A stretch of DNA of 64,000 nt from assembly GCA_016182965.1 (NCBI GenBank), contig JACPFM010000026.1:30190-94189 (forward strand). Direction: 5' to 3'. Each line of letters starts with the position of its first letter. Position 1 is the stretch's first letter. Source of the DNA: Deltaproteobacteria bacterium (GTDB lineage Bacteria; Myxococcota_A; Polyangia; Polyangiales; JADJMO01). Positions 43,281 through 53,625 of this stretch are shown one piece after another. The notes beneath the pieces were generated by a model. It was not told the origin of the DNA and searched no databases. It saw only the letters and a list, made by a program, of their open reading frames with translations. A program made the translations under genes and the position numbers.

Positions 43281-44575
43281 GCACGGTCCGGCTCGGGCTC
43301 CGCGAGAACCTCGGTCAGTTCTCGCTGCTCGTCGTGGTCAACGCGTTCGTCGGCGCGATGGTCGGCATGGAGCGCACCATCCTGCCGCCGATCGCCGAGC
43401 GGGAGTTCCACCTCGCCGCCAAGACGGCGGTGCTCTCGTTCATCGTCGTGTTCGGCGTGACCAAGGCGCTGACCAACTACCTCGCCGGCCGCCTTTCGGA
43501 TCGCTTCGGCCGCAAGCACGTGCTGGTCTCCGGCTGGCTCGTCGCCGCGCCGGTGCCGTTCCTCCTGATGTGGGCGCCGAGCTGGTCGTGGGTGCTGTTC
43601 GCCAACGCGCTGCTCGGCGTCAGCCAGGGCCTCACCTGGTCGACGACCGTCATCATGAAGATCGATCTCGCCGGCCCGCAGAAGCGCGGACTGGCGATGG
43701 GGCTGAACGAGTTCGCCGGCTACTTCGCGGTCGCCGGGAGCGCGCTCGCCACCGGCTTCGTCGCCGCGCACTACGGGCTTCGCCCGCAGCCGTTCTACCT
43801 CGGCGTCGGCTTCGTCGCGATCGGGCTCTTGCTCTCCGCGGTCGTCGTGCGCGAGACGAAGCTCCACGTCGCCGCCGAGTCGCAGCTCCACGCGCCGCTC
43901 CCGCCCGAGGGCATGCCGACCCAGCGCGAGGTGTTCTGGCGCACGACGCTGCTCGACAAGAACCTGTCGAGCGTGAGCCAGGCGGGCCTCGTGAACAACC
44001 TCAACGACGGCATGGCCTGGGGCCTCTTTCCGCTCTTCTTCACCGCGGCGCGCATGGACCTCGCGCAGGTGGGTACCCTCGCGGCGATCTACCCGGCGAC
44101 GTGGGGCATGGCGCAGCTGGTCACCGGCGCGTGGTCCGATCGGATCGGACGCAAGTGGCTCATCGCCTCGGGCATGTGGGTCCAGGCGGTGGGCATCGGG
44201 GTCGTCGTCGTCGCGCGCGGCTTCTCGGGGTTCGCCGCCGGCGCGGCGCTGCTCGGTGTCGGCACCGCGATGGTGTACCCGACGCTGCTCGCGGCGATCG
44301 GCGACGTCGCGCACCCTTCCTGGCGCGCGTCCTCGGTGGGCGTCTACCGGCTCTGGCGCGATCTCGGCTACGCGGTGGGCGCGTTGCTGGCGGGCGTCAC
44401 GGCCGACGCGCTCGGGCTGCCGGCGGCGATGTGGATCGTCGCCGCGCTCACCTTCGGCTCGGGCGTCCTCGTCGCCGTTCGCATGCGCGAGACGCTGCGC
44501 CGTTCGCCACCGCAGCGCGACGCGACGCAGCCGCCCGCACCGCGCGCCGCGCGCACGAACCCCACCGAGACGTGA
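43277..44575 (+). CDS. MFS transporter
   Basis: ATGA overlap with the regulator. 12-TM-like profile. MFS motif A (GRLSDRFGRK). Confidence 0.8.
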   Translation: MSTVRLGLRENLGQFSLLVVVNAFVGAMVGMERTILPPIAEREFHLAAKTAVLSFIVVFGVTKALTNYLAGRLSDRFGRKHVLVSGWLVAAPVPFLLMWAPSWSWVLFANALLGVSQGLTWSTTVIMKIDLAGPQKRGLAMGLNEFAGYFAVAGSALATGFVAAHYGLRPQPFYLGVGFVAIGLLLSAVVVRETKLHVAAESQLHAPLPPEGMPTQREVFWRTTLLDKNLSSVSQAGLVNNLNDGMAWGLFPLFFTAARMDLAQVGTLAAIYPATWGMAQLVTGAWSDRIGRKWLIASGMWVQAVGIGVVVVARGFSGFAAGAALLGVGTAMVYPTLLAAIGDVAHPSWRASSVGVYRLWRDLGYAVGALLAGVTADALGLPAAMWIVAALTFGSGVLVAVRMRETLRRSPPQRDATQPPAPRAARTNPTET

Positions 44576-44628
44576 CGCGCGCGACGGTCGCGGCTGCGTC
44601 GCATGGATCGGAGTGCTACATTGTCAGG

Positions 44629-44934
44629 GTGTTCAAGCCGATCTTCGAAGTCGCAAAGGAGCTCGCGCAGGCGCATCGCGCCGAGGACCCGGAGACCAAG
44701 TCCGTGTTCCTGGCGGAAAGCGACACCGAGGTTCGTCTCGTCGAGGTTTCCGGCTCGGTCGGCACGTCCGGCGAGGTTCTGCCGTTCCGCTTTGCCGCGA
44801 GGCCTGACCTTGGGGTGCCGTATGCTTCGGTCGTCGTCCTGTTGAGTGAAGACGATTGGCGCCGCATCGAGCGAGGGGAGCTCGCGTTGCCAGCTGGCTG
44901 GGGCACACCGAAGGCGCTGAAGAAGATCGCCTGA
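44629..44934 (+). CDS. hypothetical 101-aa protein
   Basis: GTG start. It forms the last part of track ORF 43570-44934. No motif recognised. Confidence 0.45.
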   Translation: MFKPIFEVAKELAQAHRAEDPETKSVFLAESDTEVRLVEVSGSVGTSGEVLPFRFAARPDLGVPYASVVVLLSEDDWRRIERGELALPAGWGTPKALKKIA

Positions 44935-44941
44935 GCCGCCG

Positions 44942-45448
44942 ATGGCCACTGACCGCGACTGGGCTGACGCCTACCGCGCGCAGGCGCGTGCGGATTTCGG
45001 TGCGGCTCTGCTCGCTGGGACGCAGTTCCCGTCGGCGTTCGCGATGCTGCTGCAGATGACGTTCGAGAAGTTCGGCAAGGCCGCGTTGCTCCGTTCCGGA
45101 GCGATCGCCCTGACAACCGCCAGGACATCGCACAAGGCGGCGTCTCGGATGATCGCAACGATGAGGCTGCAGCGCGGACTGATGGCTGCGATGGGCGGTC
45201 CGTACGCTTGGCACGCCGCGTTCGAGGTCGTCGAGGCGCTCGAGAACGCGCACCCGCAGCTCGCCGGGCGGGCGCCGGGTACGCCGCAGCTGGAGTACCC
45301 ATGGGAGACGGCTACGGGCGCCATCCAATGGCCGGAGCGCGACCTCGACATCGCCGCGAGATTGGCCAATCCGCGGAGCGGGCTGGCCGCGCACGTCGTC
45401 GACTTCGCGACCAAGCTCGACCGCCACTTCGACGCGATCTTCCTCTGA
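44942..45448 (+). CDS. hypothetical helical protein, weakly HEPN-like
   Basis: AMLLQMTFEKFGKAALL resembles the first HEPN helix pair. No clear Rx4-6H motif. Confidence 0.5.
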   Translation: MATDRDWADAYRAQARADFGAALLAGTQFPSAFAMLLQMTFEKFGKAALLRSGAIALTTARTSHKAASRMIATMRLQRGLMAAMGGPYAWHAAFEVVEALENAHPQLAGRAPGTPQLEYPWETATGAIQWPERDLDIAARLANPRSGLAAHVVDFATKLDRHFDAIFL

Positions 45449-45840
45449 GCTCGCGATCCGCGCGTCGTGCTGCGCGGAGCCGACAGAGTGCCGGGATGCT
45501 GCGACCGTGACCCCGCCCCGACGACCGTGATCCGGCGACTCGGCGTCAGCCGACGATGCGCTCGACGACCGGCTCCTCCTCGAGCGGCTCGCGCGCGTCG
45601 CGCCACTCGTCGGGCACGGTGGCCGCGGGCGCCGACATCGCGACGATACTCGCGACGATCGCGCACGTGGTGTCGCACCGTCGCGTCCGCGGGGAGCGGC
45701 GCCGCAGGCTCGATCCCGGCCCGCGTCTCGCCCAGAGGCGTGTGCGCGAGCACCGGCTCGAACAGATCGCGCGCGCCGTTTTCGAGCGACCGGCGCTCCA
45801 ACGCGTCGCCCGCGTGTATGCTCGGCGCCGGAGCCGGACG

Positions 45841-46161
45841 ATGATCGAGATCCTCGGCCTGTACATGTTCGCGCGGCGCGTCGCGGCGCTCGCCGAGTCC
45901 AAGGGGCGCTCGAAGGCGTGGGCGGTGCTCTGCGTCTTCGGCTGGATCGGCGGCGAGCTCGCGGGGTTCATCCTCGGTCGAGCGTTCGGGCTCGCGCAGT
46001 ACGAGCTCTACGGCGTCGGGTTGCTCGGCGCGTTCGCCGGCGCGACCTCGGCGTGGCTCGTCGTGCGGAGTTTGCGGGACGGCACGCCCGCCGCGGCGGC
46101 CGGCGTCGTGAACGACCATTACGATCCGCAGAACCCGTACAGCCCGCCGCGCGTCGAATAG
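45841..46161 (+). CDS. small membrane protein
   Basis: ATG 45841. Three hydrophobic segments (ILGLYMF..., WAVLCVFGWIGGELAGFILG, GVGLLGAFAGATSAWLVV). Confidence 0.5.
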   Translation: MIEILGLYMFARRVAALAESKGRSKAWAVLCVFGWIGGELAGFILGRAFGLAQYELYGVGLLGAFAGATSAWLVVRSLRDGTPAAAAGVVNDHYDPQNPYSPPRVE

Positions 46162-46219
46162 CAGCGAGCCCCGCGGCTCTCGACCGCGAGGCCCGTTGCG
46201 CATCCGTGCGCCGTCGTGC

Positions 46220-46621
46220 CTACTCCGCGACGATCACCTTGCTCTTGTACATCCCCATCCCGCACTGGAACCCGTAGGTCTTCGCCTCGCCGCTCGGCAC
46301 GACGATCGCCACCGGCTTGTTCAGCGGCAGGTCCTTCTTCACCTTGAGGTCGGGGAAGTCGACCTCGGTCGCGCAGGTGTCCTCGGTCGTGCGGGTGAAG
46401 ACGAGCGTCGTCTCCTCGCCCTTCTTGATGTTGATCTCCTTGGGGACGAAGCCCTCCTCGCCGGCCTTGATGTCGACCCGCTTGCCCTTGATGTCGAGGG
46501 GCGCGGCCGCCGGTGCGGCGGCGGCGGAGGCGGCGGGCTGGGCGGCCGGTTCTTCCTTCTTCTTGTCGCAACCGACGAGGGCGAGCGCGAGGGCGAGGGA
46601 AACGACGATCGAGCGCATCAC
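46220..46621 (-). CDS. cupredoxin-like lipoprotein
   Basis: Lipobox LALALVGC. C-terminal FQCGMGMYKSKVIV resembles a cupredoxin Cys/Met ligand region. Confidence 0.7.
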   Translation of the reverse strand: MMRSIVVSLALALALVGCDKKKEEPAAQPAASAAAAPAAAPLDIKGKRVDIKAGEEGFVPKEINIKKGEETTLVFTRTTEDTCATEVDFPDLKVKKDLPLNKPVAIVVPSGEAKTYGFQCGMGMYKSKVIVAE

Positions 46622-49600
46622 GAGTTCTCCTTCTTATCTTGATCGTTATCCGAGTCTTCTTCCGAGGCGGCAACGGGGCCGCCCGCGAGGGCCGGGGTCG
46701 CCGGCCAGACGAGCTTTCGCGCGCCCGGCCGCACGACCATGTAGGCGAGCAGCGACGCGACGATGATCGCCGCTGCGCCCACGAGGATGGCGATGAGCGT
46801 CTGGTGCGGCACGCGGCGCGCAGCCGCGACAAGCGCGTTCCGTCGAGCGGCTCGAGCCGCTCCCAGAGGACCTGCTCCTGACGCCAGTAGGTGTAGATCA
46901 CCGGGATGATCTCGCGCGTGAGGAACGCCGAGGTGATCAGGCCGCCGATCATCGGGACCGCGATGCGCTTCATCACGTCCGCGCCCGATCCGGTCGCCCA
47001 CAAGAGCGGGATCAGACCGACGAGCATGGTCGACACGGTCATCAGCTTCGGCCGCACGCGGAGGACGGTGCCCTCCATGTGCGCCCAGATGATGTCGTCG
47101 AGATCGCGGATCTTGCCTGCGGCTTTTCGTCGCTCGTAGGCGTGATCGATGTAGACGATCATGACGATGCCGGTCTGCGCGGCGAGGCCGACGAGCGCGA
47201 TGACGCCGACCCACACCGCGGTCGAGATGCGGTAGTCGAGCAGCCACATCAGCCACACGCTGCCGACGAGCGCGAACGGGATCGAGAGCAGGACGATCAG
47301 CACCTCGACCATGTTCTTGAACTGGAACCACAGGAGGAGGATGACGATCGCGAGCGTGAGCGGGACGACGATGCGCATGCGCGCCGCCATCTGCTCCATC
47401 AGCTCGTACTGCCCCGTCCACTGCAGGAAGTAGCCGGGAGGCAGCTGGAGCTCGCCCTTCTGCATGGCGTCCTTCACCGCCTGCTTGGCGTCGTTGACGT
47501 ACCCGCCGATGTCGCGAGACGCCTGATCGATGTCGACGAACACGTAGCCGACGAGCAGCCCGTCCTCGTCGCGCACCATCGGCGGTCCGCTGACGATCTT
47601 CACGTCGGCGAGCTGGCCGAGCGGCACCCACGAGGGACCGTTCGCGCCGCCGAGGGGTGACGGCGTCGGCAGCGCGAGCCCGCCGGGCGCGACGAGGGGA
47701 TCGCTGCCCGATCCGAGGCCGAGGCCTCCTCCGCCGCCCATGCCGGACATGCCGCCGCCGGTGGGGACGTCGCTCATTGCGCCGCCGCCCGAGCCCGCGC
47801 CGCCCGCGCCCGGGAGCTCGGGACCGGACGAAGAGCTTCCGCCCATCCCGCCCATCCCCCCGGCTTGGGCGAGCAGGATGCGGTCGTCGGGCGGGTCGAG
47901 GTAGACGGCGCCGGTGCGCCCGTCCATCGACGCGCCCATCGGCGCGCCCCCGCCGCCGCCGCCGCCCACGGGGACCAGCACCCGCCGCAGCTTGTCGAGA
48001 TCGTTGCGGAGGTCCTGCGGGTAGCGCACGTTGATGGTGAAGCGCGCGCGCCCCTCGATGGTGGTGGAGACCGGCGCCCCGCCGACCGCCGCCTCGATCG
48101 TGCGCTCGACGTCGCCGATCGTGAGCCCGTAGCGCGCGAGGTCGTCGCGCCGGGGCACGATGTCGACGTAGAGCCCGCCCTGGTTGCGCTCGTAGATGAC
48201 GCTGCGCGTGCCGGGGATCGGCGCGATCACCTTCTCGAGCGCCACGCCGATCTTCTCGATCTCGTCGAGGCTGGTCCCCTGCACCTTGACGCCGATCGGC
48301 GTACGCACGCCCGTCGACTGCATGTCGATGCGGGTCTTGATCGGCATGGTGAACGCGGCCGTCCACCCGGGGAACTGCATCTTCTTGTTCATCTCGGAGG
48401 TGAGCTCGTCCCAGGTGATCGGGCGCTCGTCCTTCCAGACCCTGCCGGCCGTCGACCTCAGCGACGGCCACTTCGACCACCACCGGTCGACGTGCACCTT
48501 GCGCCACTGCGCCTCCGGCTTGAGCCGGATGGTGGTCTCCACCATGGTCAGCGGCGCCGGATCGGTCGCCGTCTCGGCGCGGCCGATCTTGCCGAAGACG
48601 GCCTGCACCTCGGGGAAGCTCTTGAGGACGCGGTCCTGCGCCTGCAGCTGCCGCTTCGCCTCCTCGATGGAGATGTTCGGCATGGTGATCGGCATGTAGA
48701 GCACGTCGCCCTCGTTGAGCGGCGGCATGAACTCGTGGCCGAGCTTCCGATAGAGCGGGATCGCCGACATCAGCGCGAGCAGCCCGATGCCGATCGTCGA
48801 CTTCGGCTTGCGAAGCGCGACGTACACGAACGGTTTGTACACCGCGATGATCGCGCGCGAGACCGGGTGGCGGTGCTCGGGGTAGATCTTCCCGCGGATG
48901 AGGAAGTCACGCAGCGCGGGCGCGAAGGTGATCGAGAGGATCGCCGAGGCGAGCATCACGAACGTCTTGGTGTAGGCCATCGGCTTGAAGAGCCGACCGG
49001 CCTGCCCGTTGAGCGTGAAGACCGGGAGGAACGCCACCGCGATGATCAGGAGCGAGAAGAAGATCGCCGGCGAGACCTCCTTGGCCGCCTCGGCCAGCAA
49101 TTTGTGCCGCTCCTCCTCCGTATGTGGCTTCTCGAGCTTCTTGTGCGCGGCCTCGATCATCACGATCTCGGCGTCGACGGTGGCGCCGATGGCGATGGCG
49201 ATGCCGCCGAGGCTCATGATCGTCGACGGGATGTCGAGCAGGTACATCGGGATGAACGCCAGCGCGACGGCGATCGGCAGCGTGATGATCGGCAAGAGCG
49301 AGCTGCGGATGTGCAGGAGAAACAGCGTGATGACCACGCTGACCACCAGGATCTCCTCGAACAGCGCGCCCTTCAGCGTCGCGATCGATCGGTCGATGAG
49401 GTCGCTGCGGTCGTAGGCGATCTCCACCTCGACGCCCTTGGGGAGGCTAGGCTTCAGCTCGTTGATCTTCGCCTTGACGCGATCGATGACCTCGAGCGCG
49501 TTCTCGCCGTAGCGCATGACGACGATGCCGCCGACCGCCTCGCCCTCCCCGTTCCACTCGAGGAGGCCGCGGCGGATGTCCGGCCCGAAGCGCACGTGGC

Positions 49601-50390
49601 CGACGTCGCCGACGCGCACCGGCGTGCCGCTCGGCCCGACGCCCTTGAGCACGATCTTCTCGAGATCGCCGAGCCCCTGCACGTAGCCGCGACCGCGCAC
49701 GTAGTACTCGCGGCCGGACATCTCGAGCACGCGCCCGCCGACGTCCTCGTTCGAGTCGCGCACGGCGCGCGAGACGTCGGCGAGCGTGACGCCGTACGCC
49801 TTGAGCTTCTGCGGGTCGACGGTGATCTGGTACTGCTTCTGGTGCCCGCCGACGCTCGCCACCTCGGCGACGCCGGGCACGGCCCCGAGCGCGTAGCGCA
49901 GGGTGAAGTCCTGGAAGGTCCGCAGCTCGTCGAGCGCGTGCTGGCCCGATTTGTCGACCAGCGCGTATTGGAACACCCAGCCGGTGCCCGTCGCGTCGGG
50001 GCCGATCGTCGGGTCGGCGCCGACGGGTAGTCGGCCGCGTATGCCGTTGAGGTACTCGAGCACGCGGCTCCGGCCCCAGTACGGATCGGTCCCCTCCTCG
50101 AAGATCACGTAGACGAACGACATGCCGAACATCGAGAAGCCGCGCACGTCGGTGACGTGGGGCGCCGCGACGAGCGACGAGACGATCGGATAGGTGACCT
50201 GGTCCTCCACCAGCGTGGGGCTGCGCCCCATCCACTCGGTGAAGATGACGACCTGCGGATCGGAGAGGTCGGGGATGGCGTCGAGCTTGACCCGACGCAC
50301 CGACCACAGCGACCCGACGGTCGCGAAGACGATCGCCAGGATGACGATCATCCGATTCTTCGCGCACGCTTCGATGATCCGCGAGACCAC
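46618..50390 (-). CDS. cusA: CusA/CzcA-family heavy-metal RND efflux pump; frame anomaly near 46810-46850
   Basis: Full RND architecture from MVSRIIEACAKNRMIVIL to ...IIPVIYTYWRQEQ. The homologous frame has no stop until 46119 and becomes Arg-rich junk that covers the cupredoxin gene. A second frame gives a TM helix and a stop at 46618 that overlaps the cupredoxin ATG (ATGA). Confidence 0.8.
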
Positions 50391-50393
50391 GGC

Positions 50394-52058
50394 TCACCTC
50401 CACGGCTTCGCGATGACGGCCTTGCAGTCGTCGACCATCTTGCCCATCCCGGCGTGCTGCTTCTCGCACGCGAGGCACTGCGCGTGCTTCTCCGGGAACT
50501 TCGCCTTGTCGAACTCGGTCTCGCAGGCCGAGGGCGGCGGCGCGGCCGGCTGTTGCGCGCCGGGCCCCTCGATCGCCGCGCGCAGCCGGCTCTCGGAGTC
50601 GAGGAGGAAGTTGCCCGTGGTGACGACCGTCTCACCGCCTTCGACGCCGCTGCGGATCTCCACCTTCTCGCCCGTCTTGATGCCGACGCTGACCCGACGC
50701 GGCTCGAACTTGCCGGCGCCCTTGTCGACGAAGACGTACTGGATGTCGCCGGTGTCGACGAGCGCCTCGCGCGGGATGACCACGCCGGACGACGGCGGCA
50801 GCGCGATGCCGACGCTCGCGTACATGCCCGGCTTCAGATCGAGCGTGGCGTTGTCGAACTCGAGCCGCACCTTCGCGGTGCGGGTGGCCGGATCGACGCT
50901 CGGGTAGACGAGCTTCACCTCGCCCGTGAGGACGTGATCGGGCACCGCGGCGAGCGCCGCGGTCGCCTTCTGCCCGACGCGGACGCGCGGCAGCTCGCCC
51001 TCGTAGACGTCGGCGAGGACCCAGATCTTCGAGAGGTCGGCGATGGTGAACAGATCCGCGCCCGCCTGGAACGACAGCCCCTGGATGGCGTTCTTCTGCA
51101 CGATCCACCCGCTCGTCGGCGCCGAGACGCCGAGGTACTTGTGCGGCTTGCCGTCCTTCTCGACCGCGGCGATCTCGCCCGGAGGCACGCCGAGCAGCTC
51201 GAGGCGCTTCTTGGCGTCGCCGCTCAGATCGACGCCGACGCCGCCGGCGCCGAGCGATCGGGCGGTGAGGTACTCCTGCTCGGCGAGGTAGATCTGCGGG
51301 CTGTAGACGACGGCGAGCAGCTCGCCGCGCTTCACCTTGCGACCGGTCTCGGCGACCACCACGCGCTCGATGAAGCCGCCGTACCGGGTCGTGACCTTCA
51401 CCACGCCGCTCTCGGGCGCGGTGACGAAGCCGATGGTGCGGATCTCGGGCACCAGCGACTCCTTGGACACCTTCGCCGTCTTCATGCCGATCAGCTGCAC
51501 GCGATCGAGCGACAGCTCGATCGGCGCGAGGCCCGGCACGTTGGTCGGCACCGGCGACGGCGCGACCGCCACGCCGGGCGCCCCGCTCGAACCAGGCTTC
51601 GCGCTCGCCGCCGGACCGGCGTCGATCGTCTGGCGCGGCTCGAGGCGCATCTTGCAGACCGGGCAGCGATCCTTGTCGGAGAGCCCCGTCTCCTCGGGAT
51701 CCATCGGGCACGCGTACGGATCGGCGGGATTGTGCCGGTGACCCTCGTGCGACTTGCCGGCGTCGGCGGCCTGACTCGTGCCGCCGTCGGCGCCCTCGCG
51801 CTTGACCAGATCCATGCCGCAGATCGGGCACTCGCCGGGGTGGTCCTGCACCACGCTCGGGTGCATCGGGCAGTAGTAGACCTCGGCCGACGCGCTGGCC
51901 GCCGGTTTCCCGCGCAGCTCGAACCCGTAGACGATCGCGGCCGCGGCCACGATCGCCATGGCGAGGACGATCAGCCAGCGCACGACGGCCATCAGGCGGA
52001 AACCTGGCGGCGGCGGCTCCTGTCCCTCGGGCAGCTCGTGTCCTTCATGCTCGCTCAC
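50394..52058 (-). CDS. cusB: CusB-type periplasmic adaptor (MFP) with N-terminal metal-binding motifs
   Basis: GTG 52058 overlaps the cusC stop (GTGA). YYCPMHP...CPICGMDL and YACPMDP...CPVCKMRL motifs, then a barrel-sandwich/lipoyl-like adaptor sequence. Confidence 0.8.
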   Translation of the reverse strand: MSEHEGHELPEGQEPPPPGFRLMAVVRWLIVLAMAIVAAAAIVYGFELRGKPAASASAEVYYCPMHPSVVQDHPGECPICGMDLVKREGADGGTSQAADAGKSHEGHRHNPADPYACPMDPEETGLSDKDRCPVCKMRLEPRQTIDAGPAASAKPGSSGAPGVAVAPSPVPTNVPGLAPIELSLDRVQLIGMKTAKVSKESLVPEIRTIGFVTAPESGVVKVTTRYGGFIERVVVAETGRKVKRGELLAVVYSPQIYLAEQEYLTARSLGAGGVGVDLSGDAKKRLELLGVPPGEIAAVEKDGKPHKYLGVSAPTSGWIVQKNAIQGLSFQAGADLFTIADLSKIWVLADVYEGELPRVRVGQKATAALAAVPDHVLTGEVKLVYPSVDPATRTAKVRLEFDNATLDLKPGMYASVGIALPPSSGVVIPREALVDTGDIQYVFVDKGAGKFEPRRVSVGIKTGEKVEIRSGVEGGETVVTTGNFLLDSESRLRAAIEGPGAQQPAAPPPSACETEFDKAKFPEKHAQCLACEKQHAGMGKMVDDCKAVIAKPWR

Positions 52059-53440
52059 GGCTTCGTCTCCTTGATCACGTCTTTCTTGTCGCTGGGAATG
52101 GGCCCGCCGATCGATCGCTCGACGTCGGCGATGGCCAGCTCGACCTGCGCGAGGGCGCGGTTTCGGTCGATGCGGATCTGCAGCAGCGTGCGCAGCGAAT
52201 CGACGACCGACAGCGAGTCGCCGCCGCCGGCCCCGTAGTTCGCGAGCAGCGCATCGAACGTCTTGCGCGCCTGCGGGAGGAGGGTGCTGTCGATGAGATC
52301 GAACGTGTTGCGGGCCGCGCGGTAGCGGATGAGCGCCTCCTGCACCTGCAGCAGGATCGCGTCCTCGAGCGCCTTCGCCGCCGTCTTGTCGGCCGCGACC
52401 GTGGCCTCGGCGGCGCGGATCTCGTCGCCGTGGCGCGGGTTCAGCCACGGCAGGCTGAGCTGCACCATCGCCCCGAAGTTGTGGTTGTAGGGCCCCATCG
52501 GCATGAGCATGTAGTCGACGCCGAGCATCACCATCGGCACCTTCGCCTCGCTCTTGGCGCCGGCTACGGCGGCCTCGCTCTTCTTCACCGCGGCGCCGGC
52601 CGCCGCGAGCTCGGGGCGCCGCTTCAGGATCGCCGCGCGCAGCTCCTCGATCCGCGGCGCCACGCCGGGGAGCTTCGGCTCCGGCGGATCGCCGATCGGC
52701 GCGTCGAGCTTCCGCCCCATCAGGAGGTTCAAGCGCGCGAGCGCGGTCGACTTCTCCTGACCGAGCGAGATGATGTCGGTGTGCACGCGCGAGCGCTCGA
52801 GATCGAAGCGCAGCACGTCGGCCTGGCTGGTCTTGGCGACCTGCAGCTGCGCCTTGGCGAGCTCGAAGATCTTGTTGGTGATCTCGCCGTGCTCCTGGTG
52901 GATGACCTTCTCGCGATCGGCCGACCAGTAGGTCGACCACGCCTTGCGCACGTCGGCGACGACGTCGAGCTCACGCGCGCGCTGCGTCTGCAGCGCGATG
53001 TTCGCCTCCTCCATCGCCATGCGCGTCTGCGCGTCGAGCATGCCGCCCGCGGGGAAGCTCTGACGTAGCCCGAACATGTGCATCTGCGTCATGGTCGGGT
53101 CCCACGCGTAGCGCATGGGCTGCGCCCAGAGCTCGTACTTGAACTCGAGATCGGGCAGCCGCCCCGCGGTCTTCACGCGCGCGAGGGCCGCCTTGGTGCG
53201 CGCGCGCGCCTCGAGGACCGTCGGGCTCTTGGCGAGCGCGATGCGGGTGATCGCGTCGAGCCGCGCCTCCTTGGCGACCGTGGCCTCGTCCTGCTCCAGC
53301 GTCGGACCTTCGGCGATCCCGCCGGCGATGGCAGGCGCCACCGCCTCTTTTTCGACCTGCGGATATTCGGCGGGGCGACTCCCTTCGAGGGAGCAACCGA
53401 CGACGAGCGGCAACAGCGCCGCCAACGACCATGCACGCAT
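52055..53440 (-). CDS. cusC: TolC-family outer-membrane factor
   Basis: Lipobox LPLVVGCS. Two repeated alpha/beta OMF halves. ATG 53440 is preceded by GGAGG. Confidence 0.8.
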   Translation of the reverse strand: MRAWSLAALLPLVVGCSLEGSRPAEYPQVEKEAVAPAIAGGIAEGPTLEQDEATVAKEARLDAITRIALAKSPTVLEARARTKAALARVKTAGRLPDLEFKYELWAQPMRYAWDPTMTQMHMFGLRQSFPAGGMLDAQTRMAMEEANIALQTQRARELDVVADVRKAWSTYWSADREKVIHQEHGEITNKIFELAKAQLQVAKTSQADVLRFDLERSRVHTDIISLGQEKSTALARLNLLMGRKLDAPIGDPPEPKLPGVAPRIEELRAAILKRRPELAAAGAAVKKSEAAVAGAKSEAKVPMVMLGVDYMLMPMGPYNHNFGAMVQLSLPWLNPRHGDEIRAAEATVAADKTAAKALEDAILLQVQEALIRYRAARNTFDLIDSTLLPQARKTFDALLANYGAGGGDSLSVVDSLRTLLQIRIDRNRALAQVELAIADVERSIGGPIPSDKKDVIKETKP

Positions 53441-53625
53441 GAGGAGCCTCCGATCCCACGATCCCGGGACACGGGATGTCGGGGGGATCGGCCGCGCTCG
53501 CCCGATGGGCGGGTGCGAGCCGATCGACAACCAAGACGATCAGCGCGTCGACGCATGACACGTCGAGCGGGTCTCACGACGCGGCACCGAGTGATCAGGC
53601 CACGCCGCGACGACGAGTCGCGCGA

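Noticed and set aside
46119-46617. Distal tail of the 1423-aa CusA ORF overlapping the cupredoxin gene
   Set aside because: It is an Arg-rich out-of-frame translation of the cupredoxin gene region and is not credible as a protein. See the frame-anomaly finding.
47690-47960. Short GC-rich tandem repeats (GGC/GCC runs) that might be mistaken for an array
   Set aside because: They lie inside the cusA coding frame and encode poly-Gly/Met low-complexity sequence. There is no repeat-spacer periodicity, so this is not CRISPR.
47865-52238. Plus-strand ORFs 47865-50030 (721 aa) and 50157-52238 (693 aa)
   Set aside because: They are shadow ORFs antisense to cusA and cusB.
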